NCBI RefSeq assembly: GCF_964213995.1
Contig: NW_027590147.1
Coordinates: forward strand, 1 to 64,000
Reading direction: 5' to 3'
DNA length: 64,000 bases
Origin: Mustelus asterias
Lineage: Eukaryota
Part shown: piece by piece, positions 37,681-48,764 of the stretch
Numbering within the stretch: position 1 is the first letter of the stretch
Layout: each line of letters begins with the position of its first letter
The notes under the pieces: model-generated
What the model was told of the DNA's origin: nothing
Databases searched by the model: none
Seen by the model: only the letters and a program-made list of their open reading frames with translations
Program-made: the position numbers and the translations under genes

Positions 37681-39729
37681 TTTGAAATGCGTTGGGTTGC
37701 AAGGGGTATTCTGTCAGAGTCGATACAGATTTCACGAGCCTAATAACTTCTTCTGCACTTTAGTGATTCTATTTATCTGGTGTGCACGATCAAATCTGAA
37801 ATCAAAACAGAAAATATTGGGAATATCTAGCAGGTCAGACAACAGTTTGGAGATCGAAAGAGAGTTCCCAGTTTCTGACTGTGACCTTGCATCAGGAAAG
37901 TTAGAAATCTAATCGGCTTTGAGCAACTGAATGGGCAAAGCGGGAAGAAAATAAAGTACAAAATCTGAGATAAGGTGGAGGGTATGAAAGATTCATTTGC
38001 AAAGATTTCATGTTCCAACTTATTATTGTTCATTTATAGGTTTGTGGGCGTTACTGCGTCGGGAAGCATTTATTGTCCAATGAGGCGGTGAAGTACCAAC
38101 TTGAACCACTGCAGTCCATGTGGTGTAATTACACCCACCGTGTTGTGAAAGAGGGAGTTCCATGATTTTAACTCAGCGACAGTGAAGGAATGGTGATACA
38201 TTTCCAAGTCAGGATGGTGAGAAGCTTGGAAGGGAATGTTGAATGAGATTCAGTAATGGTAATGTGGATGGATTTTAAAGGGCGACTGTCCGACTCGCTC
38301 TTGTTGGAGAGGAACATTGCCTGGCACTTGTGCAGCGTAAATGTTTTCTTGTGACTTGTCAGCTCAAGCCTGGATATTGTCCAGGTCTTGTTGCATTTGG
38401 ACATAGAGTGCGTCGGCATCTGAGAAGTTGCGAATGATGCTAAACATTGTGCAGTCATAAGCAGAGATCCTCACTTCAAACCATTTGTTGGTATGAAGGA
38501 ACCAATGTTTGTAAGTTTTGTTGTATTGTTCCATCCTGGGCAAATCAAAACAGCTTTGTAAGCAGGTATTTGTGCAGTTTTTATTTGTTTGAAACAACCG
38601 TGCATGAAATATGCGCCATGTGAAATTGACATTAATCATGTGGCTAAAAGGATGCTCATGGACCCACTATGGTGAGCGAACCTAAGTTCACACTGGGACA
38701 ATGATTATCTCAATAGCCATCGAACTGATCTGCTGCTTTCAGTTACTTAGTGTGAGTGAAGAGCACACATTGTCACATTGCGTCTGACAATCAGAAACGT
38801 TTCCATACATAATCCGCATGTTTAACCGTAAGGAATAATCTTTGGAATTTCTGTTTCAAAAGAAACTTGCTTTTCTTTCGTCTATTCTGGCCCCTGGTCA
38901 AGATTCACAGGGTGCATGCAGATTCAATGATCAGCTATCTGATTTGAACTCCGCGTGAGTGTCCTTCATCAACAGCTCTGTGTAATTCTGTCAGACGGGA
39001 TCAGGAAGGGCCAGTCGCCCTTCTCGGTTGTTTCATTCGTCTCGCGTGTGGAAGAAAAAAACGGTAGCTAATCTACTTGCTTGTCAATGCTCTCATTGTC
39101 ATTGCTCTCCCAATGCTCTCTGCTGGCACAGTGAACAGAACGCACTCATCAATGCAACAGGAACATCGACTCATAGAGTCGACACACAGATGCTGGTCAT
39201 TCGGTTGTTCCAACATACTGATATTATTGCCCCGGATGACCGTTCCCCCAAAGCTCTTCATCCAATCCGATCAATATATTTTTAGGTTTCCTTCTCCCTC
39301 GTATGCTTAACTAGATTCGCCTTAAATGCATCTGTCTATTTGCCTTAGTTACTCCCTGTGGTAGCAAGTTCCACATAAGAACCACAGAGCAATGGAATAA
39401 TTACTGAGCAAAGGGGGCTCGAATCCCACAAAGGCAGATGCTGAAATTTGAATTCAATAAAAATCTGAAAGCAAAAATCTAATGACGACCATGAAACCAT
39501 TGTCGATTGTCGTGAAGAATAATCTGATTCACGAATGTCGTTTACGGAAGGAAATCTGCCTTCCTTACTTCATCTTGCCGACATGTGACGGCCTATCCAC
39601 GCAACAATGCGGTTGACTCTCAAGCACCATTTGAAATGACCTAAGAAACCATTCAATTCATGGAAAATTAAGCGTGGGCATCCCATGAATGGAAAGAAAA
39701 GCAGGGAAATGGCTGCAATTCCTCTTGTG

Positions 39730-40244
39730 GGTTTTTGTACAAGTCTGGATGTGATCTATATCAGTGTGCTGCTGTGCACAGTAATACGTCGCGCTGTCTG
39801 CTATTGTTAACGTGCTGACAGAGAGATCGAATACGTTGTTGGAAAGGTCCTTGGATGCAATGAATCGTCCACCAAGCTGCTGATTGTAATCCTTTCTATT
39901 TTAATTATTGTACGAAAGCAGCCATCCCAGTCCCGTCTCAGGACTGTGCCGGTACCAGAGCATGGTGTAGCTCCCAAGATCAAATCCGCTGGTTTTACAG
40001 GTTAGGGTCAGGGATTGCCCTACTACCCCCGTTTCTGCCTCTGGCTGGGTCAACACCACATCCGACTGGACGCCTGCTAAAGGGAAGAAACAATAATTAT
40101 GGTGAGGTGAATCCAGTTTGTGTCATTCCACAGGGAATGATTGATGTCAAACAGAAACTGTGCAAATTTTCTGATAATATCCAACTACTCACAAGATAAG
40201 ATGACAAGGAACACACAGAGAAATATCGCTAGCATCATGCTCAT
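39730..40244 (-). pseudogene. IgH-like V gene (TAILV/VH-type) with leader and 23-RSS; single stop in CDR2
   Basis: Leader 40244-40193 (MSMMLAIFLCVFLVILS), 119-nt GT-AG intron, V exon 40073-39769: [100 protein letters not shown]; RSS CACACTG-23-ACAAAAACC. Confidence 0.93.
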
Positions 40245-40349
40245 GGAGCCTGTGTTAAATTAGACACCCCGACAGAACCTCCAGTCACTCACTGAACAAA
40301 GTACTAAGCTGATCGTTAGATTCTGATCGTCAGTCACAAGGATTTGTGC

Positions 40350-40427
40350 AATGGGCGGGGGAAGGCCTTGACAAGACAACGACTATTGGCTGCCTGGAAT
40401 GGAAGACGCTGTCATCACATGATGACA
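40350..40427 (-). promoter_or_regulatory. Candidate promoter elements of the IgH-like V
   Basis: GC box GGGCGGGG (~40353), CCAAT on minus (40385-40389), and CRE-like inverted repeat TGTCATCA-CA-TGATGACA (40410-40427), 110-180 bp upstream of the ATG. Confidence 0.4.
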
Positions 40428-40592
40428 CCCACCTTAATACAGAATGGGCGTCAACAAATCTTCATTGTTAATTAAGTCTGCAAAGACTCACTGTTACTCA
40501 CGATGAATTGAACCCTATTCCTGATGTTCCCGTTAACATTTCCATTTGGAATATTGTTTCACTAGGTGACCGATTTCATGTTGCTTTAGCCT

Positions 40593-40881
40593 CACTGTGT
40601 TAGCTGTGCACTGACATAAGCAGGGTGTCCTCCATCGTCACCCTCCTGACATCGAAAGCAAATATATTGTGTGTAAGGTCATTGGAAGCAGTGACTCTTC
40701 CTTCAGACTCCTCACTGTTGGATATTTAGCTGGTCCTGCCTCTTCCCGGTACTCTTCTGGTTCTAATATGGCCACTGGCCACTGAAGTCGAAGCAACTGG
40801 TTTTGGAGGCTAGGGGCAGGAACTACCCTGGGAGCCCCATCTCTGCCTCTGACTGCGTCAGCGATACTTCCAACTTGACAT
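40593..40881 (-). pseudogene. Second, heavily decayed IgH-like V
   Basis: Acceptor TTTAACAG|AT; VKLEVSLTQSEAEMGLPG*FLPLASKTSCFDFSG..., then after a frameshift GRVTASNDLTHNIFAFDVRRVTMEDT; heptamer CACAGTG at 40599-40593; nonamer lost. Confidence 0.8.
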
Positions 40882-43707
40882 CTGTTAAAGTTAGAGAGAC
40901 ATCAGTCATGGTGAAGGGCGACACGGTAGCACATTGGTTGACACCGCTGCCGCATTACACGACAGAACAGGTTTCGATTCCAGCCTTGGCTGACTATATG
41001 GAGTTTGCACGGTCTCCCCGTGTGTGTGTAAGTTTCCTCTCGGTGCTCCGGTTCCCTCCCATAGTCCAAACATGTCTGAAGTTTTGGTGGATTGGCCATG
41101 CTCAATTACTCCTTAGTGTCCCAAGACGTTTAGATTGTTTGATTGGCGAAGTTAGGGGAAAGGGCGGGTTGTGGATCTGGGTGCAGACTTCTGCACTGTA
41201 GGGATTCTATGATGACTCCTGCCGGTTTGACACCACTGAGTTGAGGCACAGTGGAAAACACAAACACACACACACATACGAGGCATTGGGAGAATTGTCA
41301 AGCCACTCTGCATATGGAATCCTCCAATAGACTGATTAACATTGTTGGCCATGGCCAAGAAAAGGAGGAGAAATGGAATGGATTTCATGCATGTTGTAAA
41401 GTTTGCATAAAAGGGCAGGAATCACCATCGAATATCGCAGACTGAAAAGATCCTTTACTCACCAATCTGTGTCACAGATGTGTGTGTGTGTTGAAGACAC
41501 GATCATTGGTTCTATGCACTTGTGGGTTATTAATAATCGTTTCAGAGGGAATACAACATCCCTGCATCTGGCTGTCCAGCTCTTTTAGACTTTTATACGT
41601 TTCCGTGAGATGCCCTTTCATTCATCTAAATTTCAGTGAACATAGGCCCAGTAGACTCAATCACTTCCTCATATGACAATCGTTCTCTCCCAGGAACCAG
41701 TCTGGTCAACCATTGCTGCAATCCCTCTATGGTATGTATATCCTTTATTAGATAAGGAGACCAAACTGCATGCAATACTCCAGGTATGGTTTCTCCAAGG
41801 CCCGATACAGCTGTATGAATACATCCTTGCAATGAAGGCCAACATAGCATATGCCTTTCTAACTACTTGCTGACGCTGCATTCTTGCTTTCAGTAACTGG
41901 TGTGGGAGGACACCAATGACCCTTTGCAACAACAATAGTATTCTTGCAAGAACAATACCAGAACTTGCAATAAATAACAATCTTTAGAACCATTAATAAT
42001 GGTGCCTTCTCTATTAGCAGCAAGTGCCAAGACTTGAATCATTTCAATGTTACAAATGTTCATTTATGCAGCAAATTTGATTCCTGTCTCTAGCACCTCG
42101 AGATTCGCCGCTTACCCTCAGCAATAGTGGCACTCAGTCGGATCACGCCAGCAATATGCTAAGGGACTAAGTGCAACAGTCTTCGTGAAAACAAAATGAC
42201 TCTTGTCCTTGTGCTGAGGACCTCACACACATTGGTTCCAGTTGTACTGTGTGCAGAGGCCGAGATGGCCGATGGACTGACACAACGTTCATTAATCCAA
42301 TCCTACCCAAGCCTGGTAAATAACCTGTTTGTGTTACAATCCACATTGAAAAAAGAGTCACTGAGGTGCCTCATATCCACCTGTGCGGAACGATCAGCAG
42401 CTGTGCTTAGCTTGGATTTAAATTTATCCACAGCAGCAGCGGGGAGCGGCATCAATTACAATGTCAATGGTCATGATGATTGTGACAAATAATTGACAGA
42501 ACTCACTGCGCCGCGCACACAGACACATACTAACACACACAGGCACACACACACACACACACAGAATCCTGTTTTCAATCCATGGGCATTGTACTGGGGA
42601 AAGTCAAGGCGACGCAAATCCTTGGCCGACATTGCCACTGGCCGCTGTCCACTGGATACGAAAGGCGACATTCCAATCTGCAGGCAAGAACTGTGGTTGA
42701 GGATCACCAAACACCCAGCTATTCTAGTCGAATTTCCCAGCACTTGTTCCGTAGACTTGCATGCTACGGCGTGTCGAGTGTTCACCTGAATGCTTCTTAA
42801 ATGTTGTGAGGGGTCGCCGTCTCATCAGGCAGTCAGTACCAGATTCCCACCACCCATTGGATGAAAGTGCTTTGACCCCAAATCCCCACTAAATCTGCTG
42901 CCCCCTACCTTAAATTTATGTCACCTCGTTATTGACTTCCGAACTAAGGGGAAATGTCCCTTTCTAGTCACAATATCGATATCCCTCGTAATTCTGTACA
43001 CCTCAATCAGGTCCCTCCCACATCTCTGCTTTAAGGAAAACAACCCCAGCCTAACCAGCCTCCCTTCATAGCTGAAACGATCTCGCCCAGGAAACATCCT
43101 GGTGAGTCTCCTCTGCACCCTCTCTAGTGTAATCACATCCTTCGTAGTCTCTCTTCATGTCTAAAAGTCTGCGTGTATCCATCTGTTGTTCAGAGCTGAT
43201 CACACTGTGCCTTCCTGCTTATTTGTATGTTCATCACCTGTAAGTTAGTTTCAAGTAAGCTAGTCACCATGTATCCATTTTGCCTGCTCGTCCAGCAGTT
43301 GATGTGGCTCCAAACTATCTAACGTCTTCGTGTCCATGTGTATGTTTTGTATGTTAGTCTAGCTCTGTCTATGAATCTATCCATTTAACTATCGAGTGAC
43401 CATTTATTTGTTTTCTGTTAATTCATCCGTTCGTGTGTCTATACATCTATCTAACTGTCCGGTGACCATATTTCTGCCTTGTGTGTTAATGCATCAGTTC
43501 CTGTGTCTATCAATCTATCTTGCTAGCTGTCCAGTGACCATATATCTGTTTTATGTGTTACTGAATCAGCTGATGTGTCTAAGAATCTAATTCACATCTG
43601 TTTGCCTGTCCATCTCTGTGTTGATGCTGCAATTCTACAACACCGACATTGGACAATGGGACTACACATCATGCCGAGACCTTCCATTGCCTGGGAGAGG
43701 AACCTGC

Positions 43708-44066
43708 AGTTTATGCAGAGACTGCTGCCCGGAATATGCCAGTGTGTGTGTTTAAGACGCAGAAGTATTTCCTGGAGTCCTCAGCTGTCACGGGTGCAAC
43801 TGTCAGACTGATGCTTCTGTAAGTTTTGCTCAGGGAGGAGGAAAAGCGACGCCTGGAAAATGTGGCGCTGTCGCTGAAACCGTCGGTGCAGCGGACGAGA
43901 ATATACTCGGGACTCCCTCCCATGGCTGGGTGGAGAGGTTCCCGGTACCAGACCAAGCAAGCCCTCTCCACCTCTGTGTAGGAGCAGGTGATTGTCGTGG
44001 TGGCTCCCTGCTGGACCATCACTTCTGCCTCTGGCTGGTGTATGACTGCGGATGCAGCCAGGCTAC
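43708..44066 (-). CDS. TCR V exon (alpha/delta type, atypical) with 23-RSS; open frame
   Basis: Acceptor CCCCTTCAG|GT; exon 44066-43747: SLAASAVIHQPEAEVMVQQGATTTITCSYTEVERACLVWYREPLHPAMGGSPEYILVRCTDGFSDSATFSRRRFSSSLSKTYRSISLTVAPVTAEDSRKYFCVLNT; RSS CACACTG-23-GCATAAACT. Confidence 0.92.
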
Positions 44067-45640
44067 CTGAAGGGGAGAGAAAATTAGAATTAAGTGGAGG
44101 TTCCAGGCACTATGTCGATTTGAAACTGGGGAGGCGCGGGGGAGGGGGAGGATCGTGGGCCCAATGGAGGGCGGCCCCAGTTCCGCCTGTAGGCATCGTG
44201 CTGCCCTTGGAGGTAGCCAGCAGTCGCGATTTTGCCCTGTGAGTGCATCAGTACCATTGCACGAAGCTGAGCTGGAGGGCGGTGCTGCAGGCGCAGGGTG
44301 ATGCGTCTCCAGCCTCTTGGTGTGCCGCCTGGCCAGAGACTTGGAGATTTAAGATCTGGCTAGGTCAATATCTGCAACATGTATCCAAAACCTAATGAGG
44401 CGTGGGATAGAATTTGAGTTGATAACAGGCCATGTTTTTAATTAGATAGAATCATTTCAAATTTGTTAACGCAGTAGCAGGCCATTCGGCCCATGGGCTG
44501 TTGCTGGCGTTTCTTCACCCCAACCCCACTTCTTCTCACACTATGAGATGAGCCGCCTATTACTCTTTCTCTCCACCCGATAGCCCCCTGAAATACATAA
44601 ACACCGTTCACGTCACATATTCCATGTTCAACAGTTCCACGTTCTCACCATTCACTTATGGAAATAAAAAGGCTTCGCCTAAATCCCACACTAACGACTC
44701 TGTGATTTATTCTGTCTTGGGATATGAGAGTCGCGAGACTGAGCCAGGATTTCTGCCCATGCTAATTTGCCGCCCTTGAGAAGAGAGTGTGGAACTGTTT
44801 TCCTGGAGTGCTGCGTGTGCAGATGCACAAGGTACACTCAACAGTACTTTCAGAGGGAAGGTGATGTCCCCAATGGTTTTAACACAGCGACAGTCATAGA
44901 AAGGTGATTCTAGCTTCATGGATATGTGTGGATCGGAGGGAATACTGCGGGCGATGCTCTTCGTGTCCATCAGCAGCAAATTTCCTTCCAAGTGCTGGAT
45001 GTTTTGGGTCTGGAAGGTATGTCGAAGAAGTGTTTGGTGAACTGTTCATATCTATGATAGGTTTGCCTTTTCTCACTGCTGAAGCTTTTAAACAACTATT
45101 TGTAAAATCCCAATAATTAAAAAAAATCAGTCGCCAGTAATATTGTTGTGTACTTGTCTCGTAAGATCAACATTAAATATAAGAATGTAAAATAATTTCC
45201 TGAAAGGAAATCAATGAGAATAATTCAGTTAAGTTGATTTATCAGTGTCACAAGGCTTATATTAACACTGCAATTAAGTTACTGTAAAAATCCCCGAGTC
45301 GCCACACTCCAGCGCCTGTTCGGTTACATTGAGGGAGAGATCAGCACGGCCAGCGCACCTAATCAGCACATCTTTCGGACTGCAGGAGGAAACCAGAGCA
45401 CCCAGAAGAAACTCATGTAGACATGGGAGAAACATGCAGACTCTGCACAGTGACCCAAGCCGGTAATCGAATCCGGGTCCCTGGCGCTGTGAGGCAGCAA
45501 TGCTAAACATTATGTCAAAATGCCGCCAATTCAACAACTGCGAATATTGCTCTAGTTTTTCTCCAAAAAGCAACATTAAATGTGGAAGAATTAAAGTCTG
45601 TATTGCGAGGTAATCAATGCGAATCTGAAGTGTTACTCAC

Positions 45641-45692
45641 CTGAGATGATTGCTGCTAGAATGAAAACATTTAACTCTCGTGGGTGATCCAT
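45641..45692 (-). CDS. Leader exon of the V at 43747-44066
   Basis: 52 nt, MDHPRELNVFILAAIIS(G)|GTGAGT, phase 1, matching the V acceptor. Confidence 0.8.
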
Positions 45693-45746
45693 CTGCAAAT
45701 TGTATTTGCAATGGTTAGAATAGTGCAATATATCTTGACTTGCTTC

Positions 45747-45778
45747 TTTATAGTGAGGAGCAGAACCGAAGAGGAAGT
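45747..45778 (-). promoter_or_regulatory. TATA box and Ets-type site of the V promoter
   Basis: TATAAA on minus at 45752-45747, about 55 bp upstream of the ATG; GAGGAAGT at 45771-45778. Confidence 0.5.
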
Positions 45779-46459
45779 GCAGTTATTAGGCTTCCACCGA
45801 AATAGGAACAATAAATCCAGCTTGTTTGTACACGAGGTGTTACCAAAACATAGCTAACAAGAGTGGAGTCAATGGAGAAGGCAACAATAATTGAAAAAGC
45901 TACTGAATGAATCAATTAAGAAGCTGGAATTAGGAGCACCGACTGAGACTGGGTTGTCACGGTGTCGACTGTAATGAAAGTGAGACGGAGCACATTGATA
46001 CAGGCATTGACATTGAGAGATAACAGTGTGATCGAGGACAGTGAAACAGTGAGACCAAGAGGTGGGGGTGGACATTTAGTAGGCTTTCCTGCCACCTGAT
46101 GGAAGAAATAAGAAATTCTCCATCAGCAATTTCCTGCTTTGCTTTGGAGGATAGTAGTTACTTCTGAAATCTTTTCAGAAGGACACTGCAGAAACAAGGC
46201 TGTGATCATTAAATAGCCACATGGTGCAGAAGGTAACTTGCAGAGAAAAGGCGAGATTCGCAAGAAGAGAGTCATACTCAAACACAAGCATACATGCACA
46301 GACACAGACAGAGTCTCCCACTTCCAGCCATCTCCCTCTGTTGGACCCTCTCTTTATTTCAAGCAAACAGACACACACACACACAGACACACTCTTTCAT
46401 TTCAAGGCGCGGTGCCTCAACAAACGTCCTCTGAAAGTAAAGTTAGCTCACATCTACAG

Positions 46460-47167
46460 TGTTGTAGGTAAAATAATACCTCTGAGACTAGTCGTAGAGT
46501 CAACGTACAGTGGGTTATTTGCACACAATTGTGGAAGAGGTCTCCCGAACACGGTCTCAGACTTCTAACTGAATACAGGTCAAGAGCAAACATTTGTACA
46601 TATATTTTCACCCCTGGTCACGTCCTCATCTTCCCACGATTATTGCTGTCTCGGCAAGTTCCGTCTTTCCCGTGTAACCGTGGCCATCCTCAAGGCTGCG
46701 AGTGTCTGTTTTGTCGCCACCTGTGCGTTGTTTATTCATCACACAAGACTATAAGTTTGCATAAACAAGGTAACTAAGATACAGGAGCGTATATAGCAAT
46801 TTATATCAGTATCAATAGGATAGATGAATAGCATATAATCAATACATATGAATCTATTGTGTTACAATGACAGAAGGAATACATGTCAGCTCCACCGTGT
46901 TAAACAAAGGTACATAATAGAAAGGAACATAAAATGGAGTCTGCTTAGCTAATTCTGCTAAGCCACATTCCTGATACGCAATTAGCTGGGAACAGCAAGG
47001 ACAGCTGTCTCAATTATCTGGTTTGGATACATGAAAACAAGTTCCACAGACATGAAAACACCGAGCCCTAACGTAAACATTAGCTCCACAGTATTTCTCA
47101 CAACATTGCAGAGTTCGTGTCTCAATGCTTCAGTGTTACAAAGTTCATTAACCCATTCCCGTATTCA
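46460..47167 (-). repeat. ERV 3' LTR
   Basis: Direct repeat of 56347-57054; preceded on minus by the purine tract AGGGGAGAG. Confidence 0.95.
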
Positions 47168-47219
47168 CTCTCCCCTGTTGGTCAGACAACATGGTCCAAA
47201 CATGGCCCCATGACCAATT

Positions 47220-48641
47220 CAGAACCATATGTTACCAGCGAATGGGCCTACCTCCTTTGTCAGGTGGTCTGCCCCCTCTGCCTGTACACTTGTGCCCGGC
47301 ATAATCCGCGCTGTTCCTATTTTGCAACAGGTGTTCAACAATGCCATACAAACATAGCCGGTAATTACAATTACAATTAATACAATCAATCCATGCATCA
47401 GCTATGCACACCACGACCCAAACCATTGCCCCAGCCATCCCGGAGGGTTATAATTGTGATATTGGTTCCCCTCATCCTGCATTGTTTTCGCCACACGTTT
47501 AATGTGATCTGCCAAGCGAGTTATATTCTCCGAAGCATCGGGAACATACGTACAGCATTCGGAGCCAACTATAGCACATGTTCCTCCTTGGGAGGCGAGC
47601 ACATAATCGAGTGCCAATCGGTTCTGTAACGCCACAGTCCGAATAGCTACGACCTCTGCTGATATTTCAGAGATGGCCGTGCTCACCTCCTCGAACCCAT
47701 CTTTAGTCTCATTTGCAATTCTCTCTGGGGTCGAGGCCATCCGTATCAGTTCCTGTGCAGCCTTTTCTGTCCCATAAAGTGGGTAGGCTATCATGAAGAA
47801 CCGTTCTGTCTCACTAATGGCTCGCTTAGCCCTAAGCAGGTGTATCTCGGGGTGGTCCCGTAAGTCAGTGTAATGGTGAATATGAGGCACCACATATGCC
47901 AAGTAGCATGATCCTGCCCAATTCCAGGGAAGCCATGGATAGGCATTGGTTCCACAGACAAAATAGGTACCATTATATGCAGTCATCCTGCTCACATAAG
48001 CGGAGGAGAGACTAACCGGGACGGTGGCTGTGGGGCACTGGATTGTGACCTGTACCATGGCCCAAGTGTCATTCGTGATATCAGTCTCTTGTATACAGTA
48101 GCGACGGCCAGCAGGTATCGTTCCATTTCTTGTCAGGCAGGTAGATCCCCTTTGTTGATTTTTCACAACGAAGTAGGGTGGAGATCCTGATCTGTCGTAG
48201 CTGGGTTGGTAATATTTCTTAAAGGTCGATAAAGTGCACCCTCCGCCCCCTAGCCCGAAAACAACATCACTGTTGCTGATATTAAACGTGTCCTGCATGG
48301 TGGTACCCGATGGGGTTTTAAATGTAGTTTCCTTTTCCATTCCTGGGTTCCATTCTGATTTAAAATACATTCTTTATTTCCAGAGCTGATAAAGGGATAG
48401 GGAATAAAGGAATTCCTCCCTTTCTTCCGTGCATGGGAATGTGTGAACAGACCCAGCACTTGCTCAGATTCGATTGTGATGCATACAGATAAGACATATA
48501 CACAAAGGTATTCATACAATAGACAGAGTCATCATTACAGAGATGATCACTGTGCTTTACCCCTAAATCCTCATAATTCCATCTATACTTTCCCGCGATT
48601 GTTGACAGGGCCAGGGTCGTGAGAAGCAGCGTGAAAAGCAT
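47220..48641 (-). pseudogene. env: Retroviral env, gamma-type, disrupted
   Basis: Signal peptide MLFTLLLTTLALS, CWVC (CXXC), furin site RAKR, ISD LQNRLALDYVLASQGGTC, CX6CC (CAIVGSECC); frameshift near 48365 and TAG at 47404-47402 just before the TM helix LMHGLIVLIVIVITGYVC. Confidence 0.92.
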
Positions 48642-48764
48642 CTTATCTCTTACTAATAACCCGCGCGACCGTTATACAACTTCCCGCGAACCCGTTCAGC
48701 TTGCTTGGAGGTCAGTCGTTGTCTGTACATTCCTGCAATGGGAGTATATCACATATTTTCCCAA

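Noticed and set aside
38748-38799. Heptamer-like CACATTG copies with TCAGAAACG
   Set aside because: Spacers are 10 or 18 nt, fitting neither 12 nor 22/23.
42110-42190. Possible leader exon for the decayed IgH-like V
   Set aside because: Has a GTAAG donor but no ATG and a poor hydrophobic core; not supportable.
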